This document shows positions 10,841 through 22,883 of a stretch of DNA of 64,000 nucleotides, one piece after another. Below the pieces are notes generated by a model, which worked only from the letters and a program-made list of their open reading frames with translations, did no database searches and was not told the DNA's origin. Origin of the DNA: Gnetum montanum (lineage: Eukaryota > Plantae > Gnetophyta). Position 1 is the first letter of the stretch. Every line of letters starts with the position of its first letter. Position numbers and translations under genes: made by a program. The stretch is from contig MNCI01003473.1 of NCBI GenBank assembly GCA_015680685.1, positions 491,754 to 555,753 on the forward strand, written 5' to 3'.

Positions 10841-13800
10841 TGATGAAGCATTAGTTGGCTAAGATATCATAGATGCTACATCACATCTACGTTGTGGCAT
10901 CCCTATCAATTCATCTCTGCTAGCTACTACATTATAGATGCTATGTCACATCTACGATGTCGTAGTTGCATCAATGCGTACATGTCGACATGTACCCATT
11001 GATGCAATCTTGTGAACACATGGGATGATGCATCAACATAGTGTTTGTTTTTGCCTATAAATATGTGTGCTCCCACCATGTATTGGTAATCTTTTATCAA
11101 TAGAGTAGCTGAACCCTTGCAATTTTATTTCGTAGTCTTAGAGAACAATTGGTGAGTTCTCGCAATGTGGATCTAAGTCAGTTGTATGACTTGTTATTCT
11201 AGTGGCAATGTACCTGGACACATTCTATGAATGGCAATAAGATTGAGATTGATTCTTAAACATTACAACACTTCGACTTAGATTAAATTTACTTTTCATG
11301 CAATTTTACTTTACATGTACTTAGTTAATACTTATGTTTCATGTACTTAGTTAATATTTACATTTCCATGCACATTAATCAATTGGCAAAATGAGCATGA
11401 CTAGTTTTGAGTGTAAACACATATTCTCTTAGTAATCCTAATAATGTTATTACTTAGTTTGTTTAGTAGCATAGTGCTTGGTAATCCTAGTAGTGGATAC
11501 GTGAGTTCAAGATGTGTATAGCAAGTTAAAAACAAACACTCATCGCTCGTAGGCTAATTTATCATTCATCTTTCTGTTGTTTATTAAATTAAATAATTAA
11601 TTTCTTTATTTTCATGACGAGTAGCATAAGGCCAGAATAACATTAATAATCATATGCCTCACTTTGGACTACACCATACATGACAAAGCTACCACTAGTC
11701 TAAGTGGGAAGACATCATCTTGCGATTAACACTTAACGATCTAGATACACAACTAGTCCCATCTATGGAATTCAATCGGATCATGCATGAACACTTGTGA
11801 TTTGTATAGCTGGACATAGGTGATACCTGCTACTCATCATTGGCACCATTGTAAGGGATGGTGCTAATTATCTACATTAGCTATATTATACACCATTGCT
11901 ATAAAGGTATTAACAATTTATCTTTTAGAAAATTTGAAAATTTAAAGTTACACACATTAATAGCATGTCTTCTTCACATAGGTTCAATAATTCATTGTAT
12001 GATGAAGACACTCATAAGAAAAATGGTAGGTTTTATACTGAAGAGAATTGGAATGAACAACCTCAAGTAAGGGTTTCATATGCTCATTTTGACTCGTACT
12101 ACATGCAAGGACTACATTGAATTGGTATGGAAAATTCTAGAGGAGATGGAGTAAGTCCCAGATCAAGGAGGGCCTCAAGGCCTAGGACCTCCTCTAAACC
12201 TAGAAAAGATAGATGAAGGGACCATAAGGGAAGATATAGCAGCCATGGTGATTCTCCTAGTTTCCCATCTTCCTCTTCCTCTTCAACATCTAGTTCTGAT
12301 GAAGATGAATGTAGGTATAGAGATAGAGCTTCGCTAAGGGGTCAAGATAAAGATAGAAATCAAACCTAAGGATAAAATCAAAGACATCAAAATGAGCATA
12401 GACAAGATCATGACAATCAGACGAATAGAAATGTAGATTATCACCATGATGTGTCTGGTATGGATGAACCCTTATTGACTACTAGGGGCTTGACATAGAT
12501 TAGGGAGGTAGTTTAAATACACCAAAGGCATCAAAGGGACAATTGAATCAAATGGATTGATATGAACAACATTACTAAATTTAGAAGAGGCTCTAATTAT
12601 GATCCACAACATCATTTACAAGACTTCCATGATGCTTGCGCCTTGCAAAACATTGAATGAAAATGGCAAAAGCTTAAGCTCTTTGTTAGGATACTAATAG
12701 ACGAAGCTAAAAGTTAGTATAGATTGTTGGAACTAGATTCAATCCACCAGTGGTCCACAATGCCAGAACTCTTTAACAAAAAATACCAAATCTATGTGAG
12801 AGTGTCTAACTTGAAAAATCAAATCCAAGGATGGAAATAAGAATAACATGAATCCTTGGATGTGTCCTTAGATAGATACTCTTCACTACTACATAGATGT
12901 TTAGGCCATGATTTCTCTCAGAAAGAGCACATTTTCCACATCATAGATGGGCTTTGTAATGAAATGAGGGAGACACTTAGGATTTATGCCCATGGTTGAT
13001 TATACAAATTAAAAGTTCATCAGATACAAAGGCTAATCGATCAGGTGGCAAAAGAGGAAGCAGAACTATGTAAACAAAAGAATGTAGAGGAATATAACTG
13101 GGATCCAACTCCTCAAAAGAAGAAAGTCCATATCTAAGATAAGGAAAAAGAGGCAACTCTTGATGAGGTGATTTCACAACAAACCTTGTTAATACAAAAG
13201 TCTATCAATGAACTTGAAGCAAGGATAGATAAGATGTGGGAGTTGATAAACGACAAAGTTACAACTTATGTGAAAACCATAGAGGAGAGACTAATGCAAA
13301 ACAAATCAAGTGATCAAAACAAGAGGAGGAAAAAGAACCAAGAAACAAGTAGGAACACTTATTGAAAAAAAGGAAAAATGGTTATAGAAGAAGAGCCTAT
13401 AGGCTCAACCATAGAAGAGGATGATGGATGTGACATCTACCTATATGACCATCCAAAGGGCTATTGCCTAGTCATGTTACATCTACATGAGTATTGGGCT
13501 TTTGCTTTGAATCCCAAGTTCATACAAAAGCAAATGCCTAGAAAATTACCTTTCTCACAAGGTAATTATTGACAGTCCTACAACCAATAGTACAATCCTA
13601 GTAGGAATTCTTATCAGCCTCAAAACTACTATTAACTGTAGTGGCAAAACCCAAAATCATGGGGGAAGCCATCATCAAACTAGCATTACCCTTATTGCCA
13701 GCCAGACCCATATGGATATTATGTTCAACAACCTGTTCCCTTGACTGGTGCTACTTCCTCTACCTCAAATCACTACTACCACTCTCTCGAATATCATCAA

Positions 13801-15521
13801 CCCACAACATCTTCTAAAGGATCACCACCTCATGCCTCTCATCCTTCATCATATCCTCAATATTCTCATACTTCCCTCCATCACATGTCATCACCAACAT
13901 AGGAAGGTTTGGCACCACAACATCAATGAAAGAATGCCACTTGTGTTATGAACATACATAGAAATGATAATGCTAGTATATCTCAACCACAACCTTGAAA
14001 ACATCATTTCTTTAGGATAATTCCCACACATGATTGCAAAACTCATAGACCAATTGACACATCAAAACCAACATAGGACCAATTTGGTGCAACATCCTTC
14101 CTTTACAAAATAATGTCTCCTGATCATATGCGAAAGCCAACAACCATCACCACTCCAACACAAGACATAAAAGACAAACCTATCACTGTGGAGAGACAAA
14201 AACCTCCATGCATCACTACTAATAATAAAGGATGTAGTTGTGGGCTTAAAGTTTGAAATATGAATACAACCCTTATACCAATCTACCATAAAGTTCAAAA
14301 ACAATTGTGTGAGCAAAAATCAGTCTACTTAGTAGCCACTAAATCAAAAGACACCCAGTGGCATGGAAATAAGAGTACAAAATCATTAAAAGATGCATGA
14401 AGCCAAACAATCCACTTATTAGTTCTAGACTTAAGGAAATGGATCAAATAGGGAACTTAGATGCAAACATCTTACACTCTAACTATACACCAACAAAAGA
14501 TATTAAACAAGAAGACCTGTGAATTAAGATATAAAATCAAGAAGAAGAAGGAAACACATCTGGATCCTCTGAAGAGGAAATACCTTCAAGTCTAGTTGAA
14601 TATATGTCTCCCAATCAAAATGAGATTATCATCAAAATTAGATGTGCTACCATGTGAATGATTAAATCAACAAAGATGATAAATGGAAAAAACTGTGGTG
14701 TATAGCCAAGGTGTGTGGTTCATTTCCCGAATGCTTACCCACAAGACTAGTCATGGGGGAGATGCCCCATCCTGATGCAAAAACTAATTAGTGCTTTTAA
14801 CTTTTTTTATTTTACAATTTTTATCATTTTTCCATTTCTTTCAACATTTTTTGATTCTTAATATGTTTTCCATTTCTTAATATTTTTCTTTTCTTTTCTT
14901 AAGTCATTTTCTTTATGTTTATGAATGTCTTTTATGTTTTTGTTAATAATATTGCTAGGTCATGATGTAGAAGTCATCACTATATGTTGGGTTTTTGAGC
15001 TATGCTATCAAGATGATTGGGTAAGTAATTGTGTAAAATAGTTAGACCATCTCAGCCATCTCTCTAGTTGTTTGGATAAAAGGTCATTATCATGGAAACA
15101 ATTTGGTTGTTCTTTCATGAAACTAAAATTAATTAATGATCATGGTACTTTGAAGAAAGAGGAAAAGACCAAGTGAAAATGGTAAAGGGTGTGACCTCAA
15201 GGGGACTTATTGGGTTTTCTTCTTGACTTCCTTCATATGGTTTATGACTCCTCTTGGAACTTATCATCACTCCTCTATCGACCAATAAATAGGAAGCTAT
15301 GTTTTTGCATGGTTTGATTCTCATTTCATAAATTAAAAAAACACAACAAAAGAAAAACAAAAAAAAAAATACAAAACCAAAAAAATAATGAGAATTCAAA
15401 GCACACCCCTTAGAAATAATAACAGACTACAAGCACTAATTATGGTGCTAGAAAAACATGTTACCCATGCCTAAAGGCACCCCTCTAACTAAGGTGGTTG
15501 TGGACTCATGGTGGTAGGTAG
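10841..15521 (+). mobile_element. Athila-like gag-only element (5' LTR 10841-11839, PBS, gag, internal PPT), interrupted at 15522
   Basis: LTR tgatgaag...ctcatca; PBS ttggcaccattgtaaggga at 11840-11858, a deaminated form of TGGCGCCGTTGCCGGGGA (plant tRNA-Asp); gag remnant DPQHHLQDFHDAC..KLKLF; PPT-like tagtcatggggga at 14748-14760. Confidence 0.85.
12023..14000 (+). pseudogene. gag: Athila-like gag pseudogene
   Basis: Retrotransposon-gag-type core at ~12550-13050, CDIYLYDHPKGYC knuckle-like motif at 13430, then a Q/P/S/H-rich tail; homologous to 18500-20240 (-). Confidence 0.75.
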
Positions 15522-16559
15522 TGATGAGCGACAAGGTACCCCTACACTCAACCATACGAATACGAGTGTTCACGCATGATCCGGTTGAACTCTGCGGATA
15601 GGCTAGTTGTGGTATCTAGATAGTTACATGTTGATCGCAGTTTGCTGTCTTCCCACCTGGACTAGTATTTGCTTTGTCAAGTATGGTTTAGTCCAGAGTG
15701 AGGTGTATGATGTGATCCTAAACTAGTGCTACTGCTAGAGAAAATGGAACATAATATTGATTAAACTAATGAATAATAGGAAATGAAGTCTAAGCTAACC
15801 TAAGTGTGATGAGCATCAGTTCCTTAATCATTCATACACATCTTGGACCTTGTGCATAACTACTACTAGGATTACCAAGCGTAGATCCTAGGTACGCTAC
15901 TGGGTTACCAAGTAGTCACACTTAAATGCTCATGATTAAGTTGTACTCACTCCTTATTTAACAACAGGAATAGTAAATGATGATAAAGAAATATTAACTA
16001 AGAAAACAATAAATAATAATAAAAATTAACAATAACAATTAAATCTAAGTGAATGCTGCAATGATGAAGTAATCTTGATCTTTATTGCCGATCATGTGCA
16101 TGTCCAAGTACATCACACTCAAATAAAGGTTCCGTACAATTACAAGCATCACACTGTGGGCATGCACTTGGGAAAATAGTCTAACTCCTAAGGAAACAAA
16201 ATGCAAGAGCTTCACTACGACTACTAGAAAGGTGCCTCAATGAGGCGGAAGGCCCTCTTATTTATAGGCTAGAATAGGTGTTGCATAAACGGGGCCACAT
16301 TGACACATGGGAGGATGCGTCGACAAGGTCGCTTCGACGAGGCTGCATATACGCGACTGTCTATACGGGGTCCCGTATACACGGCTTAGTAAATGCGGCA
16401 ACCAATTTACACTCCATCGTACCCCCACGACGGAATAACAACTTATCCTCGAGTCAAAGAAAGTGAGGAACAAGCTCAATTGAATACATAGTGGATAGGT
16501 ATGGGATTATTGACTGACTAGAAATTTATTCATGCCATAGTGGAGAATTAAAAAAAATT

Positions 16560-16990
16560 TGGACACAGACAAAAAACTTGTGGAACTCATGGGGTTCCCG
16601 GCAGTGGTGGCTCCTCCATGGATGCCTTTTCTTTGTCCTGTGCATCAGGCTTCTAAGATTGATACCATTGAAGAAGCACCTGACATTTCTCCTCTTCTAT
16701 TTGAGGAGTATGAGTCGTCCATGCAGATGTTCCAATGTTTGATGGAGTTAGCACTTTTTATGGACACGGCAGCTACGGGAACACTTGACTGGCCTTGACA
16801 TGCCATGCCGCAAATAGCCGTTGTTCCTCTTCATAGGCTCAGGCCCTGACCTCTCCTCCCTTTACTTGGATAGATTATGTAGTAACAAGAGTTTCATGAT
16901 GGATGCTGAATGATTGCCTTCTGCTTTGCATGTTTTGCATGAGGTCCTTGGCCTCTACCTCCCCCAAGTTGTTCAGTTGCACCTTGAGAA
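16560..16990 (-). pseudogene. C-terminal remnant of the same extra ORF as 8-2509
   Basis: Minus translation AYEEEQRLFAAWHVKASQVFP*LPCP*KVLTPSNIGTSAW matches AYEEE*RVFAVWYVKANQMFLQLPCSWEVPTPSNIGTLAW at ~2342-2461. Confidence 0.8.
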
Positions 16991-18499
16991 GGTCCTCCTT
17001 GTTGTCTTCTTTTAGGGACCACCTATAATCACACAAGGATCAATTTTTAGTAAGGTTATTGAAAAAAGTTCAATGATTTCATACCTTACTCATTGCCTTT
17101 AATAAATGTTGCATTCTTTACTTAGTGTGATTTTAGAGTTAGAAAATTTTCAAGGAAGTTTCCCTAACAGTTTAATGTCAGACTTGGTTTTGAGGAACGT
17201 TTGATAAAATGACGACAAAGGAAAGAATAGATTTGGCAATGAAATACTCAAAGGGTATAAGATGATGTGGTGTGTGCAACAGGTAGAAATTACAAAATTC
17301 ATGCAAGTGGATCCTCCCCAAAGCAGGTTCCAACCTATATGCCCTTGCATGACCACACCTTAAGACGTCCATAGGCACTAGAAGGGTTAAATGTAATCTA
17401 TACCATTGCAACAAAACACACACATGTTGATACCACCATGATGAGGTATGAATTCAATGCTATACAAGACACGAGTCACAAATACATGAACAGTAAGATG
17501 GAATGAATCGGAGAAGGGGTTGTAAAGATTGGGACGTGAGGTAACTGACTCATGGCATAATGAAGCTTGAGTGTAGGGCATGATTAATGTGTCATTAACC
17601 CATCATTCCAAAATCAAAACCAAGTCCATTCCTTCGATCAGTGACATTGCATCGTTTCATCCAATGATGGACAATCATAAGAGCACCATGACAGCAAGGC
17701 ATACTATCACTTGGCATTTTGTGCAAGGGAGGAGTGACTTGGAATTTCATTGCGGCATACTTTTTGTTTTGCTGCTTTCGTATACTCTCTTTTTCCTCTT
17801 TTTTTTGATGAAGTTGTTGGGTGCCTTTAATACTCTTACTTCCATTTTTCGTTACATCTACAAGGATCTTAGTACAACCAAGCTGCATGATAGCACCTAC
17901 AGATGTCACCAAAGAGAATCCACAAGTCCCCTTGATGTCACACCCTGGGCATTCCATCTTAGTCCATCCTTCTTTGCTTTGGGCGTAATAAGCACAAAAT
18001 TACTTTAAGTTTTAATGATGTCAAGAATATCATCATACCCAGAGTAGAACCTCTTATTAATAGAATGGTTGGGTGGATGTGATGGGCTTGCTGTTCAAAT
18101 AAGTAGTCACCTAAGACTTGATAGCATAGAACAACACCTCAACCAACGAGTCACATGAGTGTTTTATTCGTAGATGAGATTACTCATAAAAAGATAAAAA
18201 GACAAAAGGATAAAACAATAAATTAAAAGGTGAAAAAATAGAAAAAAAAAGTTGAAAAATTAAAGAAATAGAAAAATAATTATTAATTCTGTGTTGTTAG
18301 AATGGAGGATACCCCCCATAACTAAATGGTTGAGCATGGCTAGAATTAATAAATGGAAGGTGGAGATCCTTGCATGTTGGAAATATTGGGACCTAGTCAT
18401 ACTTACCCCATTGGGGTTCACACACTTGACTAGAGTTGACACAGTGGGACAAGTTATAAGATGTGGTTAATTTATAAGGAGTTGACCCACTATGGTACT

Positions 18500-20240
18500 T
18501 ATGACCGTACGATGGTATGCAAGGATCAACATGTCTTCCCATGTGGCAATATTCATTGGGCCCCATGGTTGTTGGAGTATTTAGTGGTGGCCTTGATAAG
18601 GTAACATGAGGCGTTGGGTTTGAAGAGGAAGATGCACCACAATGTTGGATTTGTGCTAAGTTGGCGGATGCAGTGGTTTCTGAACTGTGGTATCCCTTTC
18701 GACAATCACGTCTAAAGAAGGAACGCCTTCGATGTTGTGAAGGACCTCCATTGCTATTGACAGTAGCAGCACAAGTAATGTTTGCAGGTTGGTGCTATGG
18801 TGCAAAATCTTCTGGCATAGATGGCGGTGATGTAGAAGGGGCTGAAGTATGAGAATATCGAGGTTGAGGAGAAGTGTAAGGCACATGAGGTGGTGATCTT
18901 GTTGGAAAGGACATGGGTGGATAGTAGTTGGGAGAATGATAACGATGAGGTGAGGTAGAGGATGTTGATCTTGTTGGAGAAATAGGGTGTTGAACATAAT
19001 AAGCATTTGGTGTTGGGACATACAAAGGGTATGGTCTAGTTGGTGGTGGCCTCCCCCACGACTAAGGCTTTTGCCACTGTGGTTGAACCTGATATTTCTG
19101 TATGAAATCTAGATGTAACATTCCTCCCCAATGCTTATGTAAATGTGACAAAACTGGACATTGGCCTTTGGGGTGATCGTACAGAAAGACGTTACATTGA
19201 TACATATGATTGGTAGTTGAGTTCTTATCCTTATTCTCTTCTACCCTTTGTTTTGATTGTCGCGTGGTGTCTTGTCCTGTTTCTTGATTTAGCATAGTTC
19301 TTCCTCTAATAATGTTGGCATATTCTCCATATCTTTCATGTACCCAATCCATCATCTTATTGATCTTTGCCTTAATTTCATCCAGTGGCTATAGGATTGG
19401 CAAACATGATTCCACCTCCTTGAAGTGATTGGATTTCTCCTCTTCATGATAATGGACCCTTGTTAAGTTGAGATTTTGGTCTTGTTGAGAACTTTCAACA
19501 TTCTCCCATTTGGCTATTTCTCCTTCTTCTTTTGCTACCTACTTAATAAGCTCTTGGAATTGATGGGTTCGTAGCTCATATAGTTGACCTCGGGTGTACA
19601 TCCCTAGGATCTCCCTTGTTTCATTATGGATCCCATCTATGATATGGTACATTAGCCTTTCCTCGGAGAACCCATGGCCTAGGCAGTTGTTTAACAGTGC
19701 ATAATATCTTTCTAAGGCCATGTCCAAGGGTTCATGTTATGCTTGTTTCCATTCTTGGATTTGTCTCCTCAAGGCTGACACTCTTACATAGGTTTGATAT
19801 CTTTCATTAAAAAGTTCTACCATTGTTGGCTAACATTGAATTGATTTCGGTTTTAACGACCTATACCATACTTTTGCTTGGCCAACGAGTGTTAGAGGAA
19901 AGAGCTTAAGTTTTTGCCACCCATTATCAATATTGTTCCATGTACATGCATCGTAGAAGGCTTGTAAATGTTGTTGCGGATCTGAATCATAGCCTTTTGA
20001 AAACTTGGGAGAGTTGTTTAAATTAAGCATGGGTAGACAACTTTCCTTACGATGCCTGCGGGCTATTCGAACAACCTCTTGTATTTCCATTAAGCTTGTA
20101 GTGGCTAGTAGGGGTTCATCATCATCGGGTAAGTTATGCTTTCGTGAGTTGGGATGATGTTGTCTTCGTTTATGTTTATAAGAAACCCCCACCTCGGGTT
20201 ACGTACTCCAATCTTCATTGTCATAATATTCATTGGTTCT
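18500..20240 (-). pseudogene. gag: Athila-like gag pseudogene
   Basis: ORF pieces 19830-20192 (PKFSKGYDSDPQQHLQAFYDAC..KLKLFPLTLVGQAKVWYRSL), 19539-19727, 19062-19355 (CNVFLYDHPKGQCP) and 18795-19025 (P/S/H-rich). Confidence 0.85.
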
Positions 20241-21645
20241 TTAATGAATTGCCTCACTAGATGTGGCATTATTATAGTCTTGTAGGAGAGACATCATTGT
20301 AAATTTGTGTGTGATTTAATTACAATTATTATTATTATTATTCTAAAAGATATATCGTTAAGGCTTTGTTACAACGATCTTGTATGATATAGCTAATCTA
20401 AATAACTAGCACCGTCCCTGGTAATGGCGCCAATGATGAGCGACGAGGTACCCCTACACTCAACCATACGAATATGAGTGTTCACGCATGATCCAGTCGA
20501 ACTCCGTGGACAGGCTAGTTGTGGTATCTAGATAGTTACATGTTGATCGCAGTTTGCTGTCTTCCCACTTGGACTAGTATTTTCTTTGTCATGTATGGTT
20601 TAGTCCAGAGTGAGGCATATGATGTGATCCTAAACTAGTGCTACTCCTAGAGACAATGGAACATAATCTTGATTAAACTAATGAGTAATAGGAAATGAAG
20701 TCTAAGCTAACCTAAGTGCGATGAGCATCCGTTCCTTAATCATCCATACACATCTTGGACCTCGTGCATGACTACTACTGGGATTACCAAGTGTAGATCC
20801 TAGGTACGCTACTGGGAGCATTTAAGTGTGACTACTGGGTTACCAAGTAGTCACACTTAAATGCTTGTGATTAAGTCATACTCACTTCGCATTTAACAAT
20901 AGGAATAGTAAATGATGATAAAGAAATATTAACTAAGAAAACAATAAATAACAATAAAAATTAAACAATTAAATCTAAGTGAATGTTGCAATGATGAAGT
21001 AATCTCGATCTTTATTGCCAATCATGTGTGTGTCCAAGTACGTCACACTCGAATAAAGGTTCCGTAAGATATTTTTATTGTTATACTTTGAAGTTGAATA
21101 TTTTACTATTTGTGGTTATATATGATGGAGACTATATTTTTGGCATATATATTTATATATTTCTTCTTCTTCATGGTTATTTCATGGATATATATATTTT
21201 TGATATGATCATATATGTTGTTATGAAGATTTTATGAGAACATTTTGTTTAGACATCTTGATGAGGTTATGATTTTATGATATGAGGATATGCTTAGTTG
21301 TTTTTTATCTTTTGAGATACATGCCTTTAGCTGAAGTGGTTTTTTTTTTACTATAATTTCTTGGCCACATATTTTTTATTATACTTGGTATGCTTATTGT
21401 ATCTATCATAGATAGTGTTTTATGAAGCTATTTAATCAAGTAAATTTTGGTCTTGTGTCTGATAATCTTGGAAATCATTGTTGATGATTGTGTGACTACC
21501 ACCCCTTAACTTATCCTCCTTTTCTCTCCTTGATATAATAGAGATTTAATTTGTTCTATTTAGCTCCAAAAATATATATATGTTTGTCATTTCTTTCATG
21601 CTAACACATTGTTTAAGTTTTGGACATCACCAAAAGGGGAAAGAT

Positions 21646-22883
21646 TGTTGACTTTTTTGGTGTGTTAAAAGCTTGAAAATGGAGAACTTATCAATCCATA
21701 TTTTGAGACTCTTACAGGCCTAATGAATATGAATTTGACACATCAAGGAGATCAAGAAATGGGAAAGAATTGAAAATTCAGTATGCTAGATTTCAGGAGA
21801 AGATGCAACAAACTAGAGAAGATCCTGAGGATAGAAGATGTCCCAATCTAAGAGAAGATGTTTGGTAGCTTAACAAGACATTTCAAGATGATAGGAGATG
21901 TCTTTGTCGAGATCCTAGATCTTAGCCAATATGTCTTACAGAAATAAGAGACATATCACAACTTCATGAGATGTCTCGTGTTAGGATGAGATGTTTCCGA
22001 TAAGATGTCTCATAATCCAAGGAGACATCTCACCTCTACCCAAAGATGTCTTGTGTCTAGACAAAATGTCTCTTCTGAAAGTTATCCAAAATTAGTGAGA
22101 TGTCTCAAGCCATGAGCAAGATATCTCAAGTAGCTATTTCTAGTTATTACAGGGACTATAATGGGCAAATGGAGGAGATAAAACATATAAATAAAAGATA
22201 AATCCAAGTGCAAAAATTAAAAAAAAAGGAAAAAAGAAAAGAAAAATCTTTAGGCAAGATATGTGAGCAAGCATTGGATACATCATTGTGAGGTTTGGAT
22301 CCTCATCTTCTCTATCTATAGATGTGTTGAGCAAGAATTGTACATATCTTTTGTGAAGTCAAGATCCTCAATTCTTTGATATTTGATTGTATTCTGTGTT
22401 GAATTTCAAAGTAAGGAATCAAAAGAGTTAGGTTAACTCATCCTTATCTCTAATTCCATTGTATGATTGCCCTAAGGGGTTTGATGTGTTTCTTGAGAAA
22501 AAGCATTCTTTGTAAAGATTGAGAACTTGTAGAGACCTTAAGGGGTTGGATGTGTTTCTTGAGGGAAAGCATTGTAGAGCTTACAAGCTTGTGGAAACCT
22601 AAGGGTTAGATTGCTTAGAGGGATTACATGAGTTTCTTGAGGGAAATCAACCTTGAAGCTTGAGAGCTTCTTGAAAGTTAAGGATCTATTATAATCGAAG
22701 TCTTGTAAAGGTTGTGGTGTTATTAAAACCAAATTTTTTATTAACAAAGTTCAAAGTTGTACAAGCATTCTACCCTTTGAGTGTGAAAGTACCTAAGTTT
22801 GGGAACCATGTAAATTAGCAGTGTGAAAAGTTGGGTATTGCGTGGTTTGAACTTATTCACCCTTTCTAAGTTCTCGATCTTCA
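21646..22883 (+). repeat. 3' LTR of SIRE-like element
   Basis: Colinear with 7526-8686 and preceded by the PPT; three rather than two 3' repeat units account for most of its extra length. Confidence 0.9.

Larger units (their letters stand above)
15522..21066 (-). mobile_element. Athila-like gag-only element: 3' LTR 15522-16419, 5' LTR 20434-21066 (U3 truncated)
   Basis: Two highly similar LTRs. PBS ttggcgccattaccaggga at 20415-20433 (tRNA-Asp type); PPT gtgggggta at 16420-16428; internal PPT ttatggggggta at 18310-18321; no RT/RH/INT motifs in the ~4-kb interior. Confidence 0.9.
7526..22883 (+). mobile_element. SIRE-like Ty1/copia element, pol missing, hosting two Athila-like inserts
   Basis: LTRs 7526-8686 and 21646-22883 (TGTTG...TTCA); PBS ag-tggtgtcaaagc at 8687-8700; SIRE-type PPT catcaccaaaaggggaaagat just before the 3' LTR; copia-type gag. 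Confidence 0.88.

Noticed and set aside
17580-18008. 142-aa antisense ORF with a hydrophobic stretch as an envelope protein
   Set aside because: Hydrophobicity comes from a T-rich low-complexity tract, and no equivalent ORF is evident in the diverged copy.
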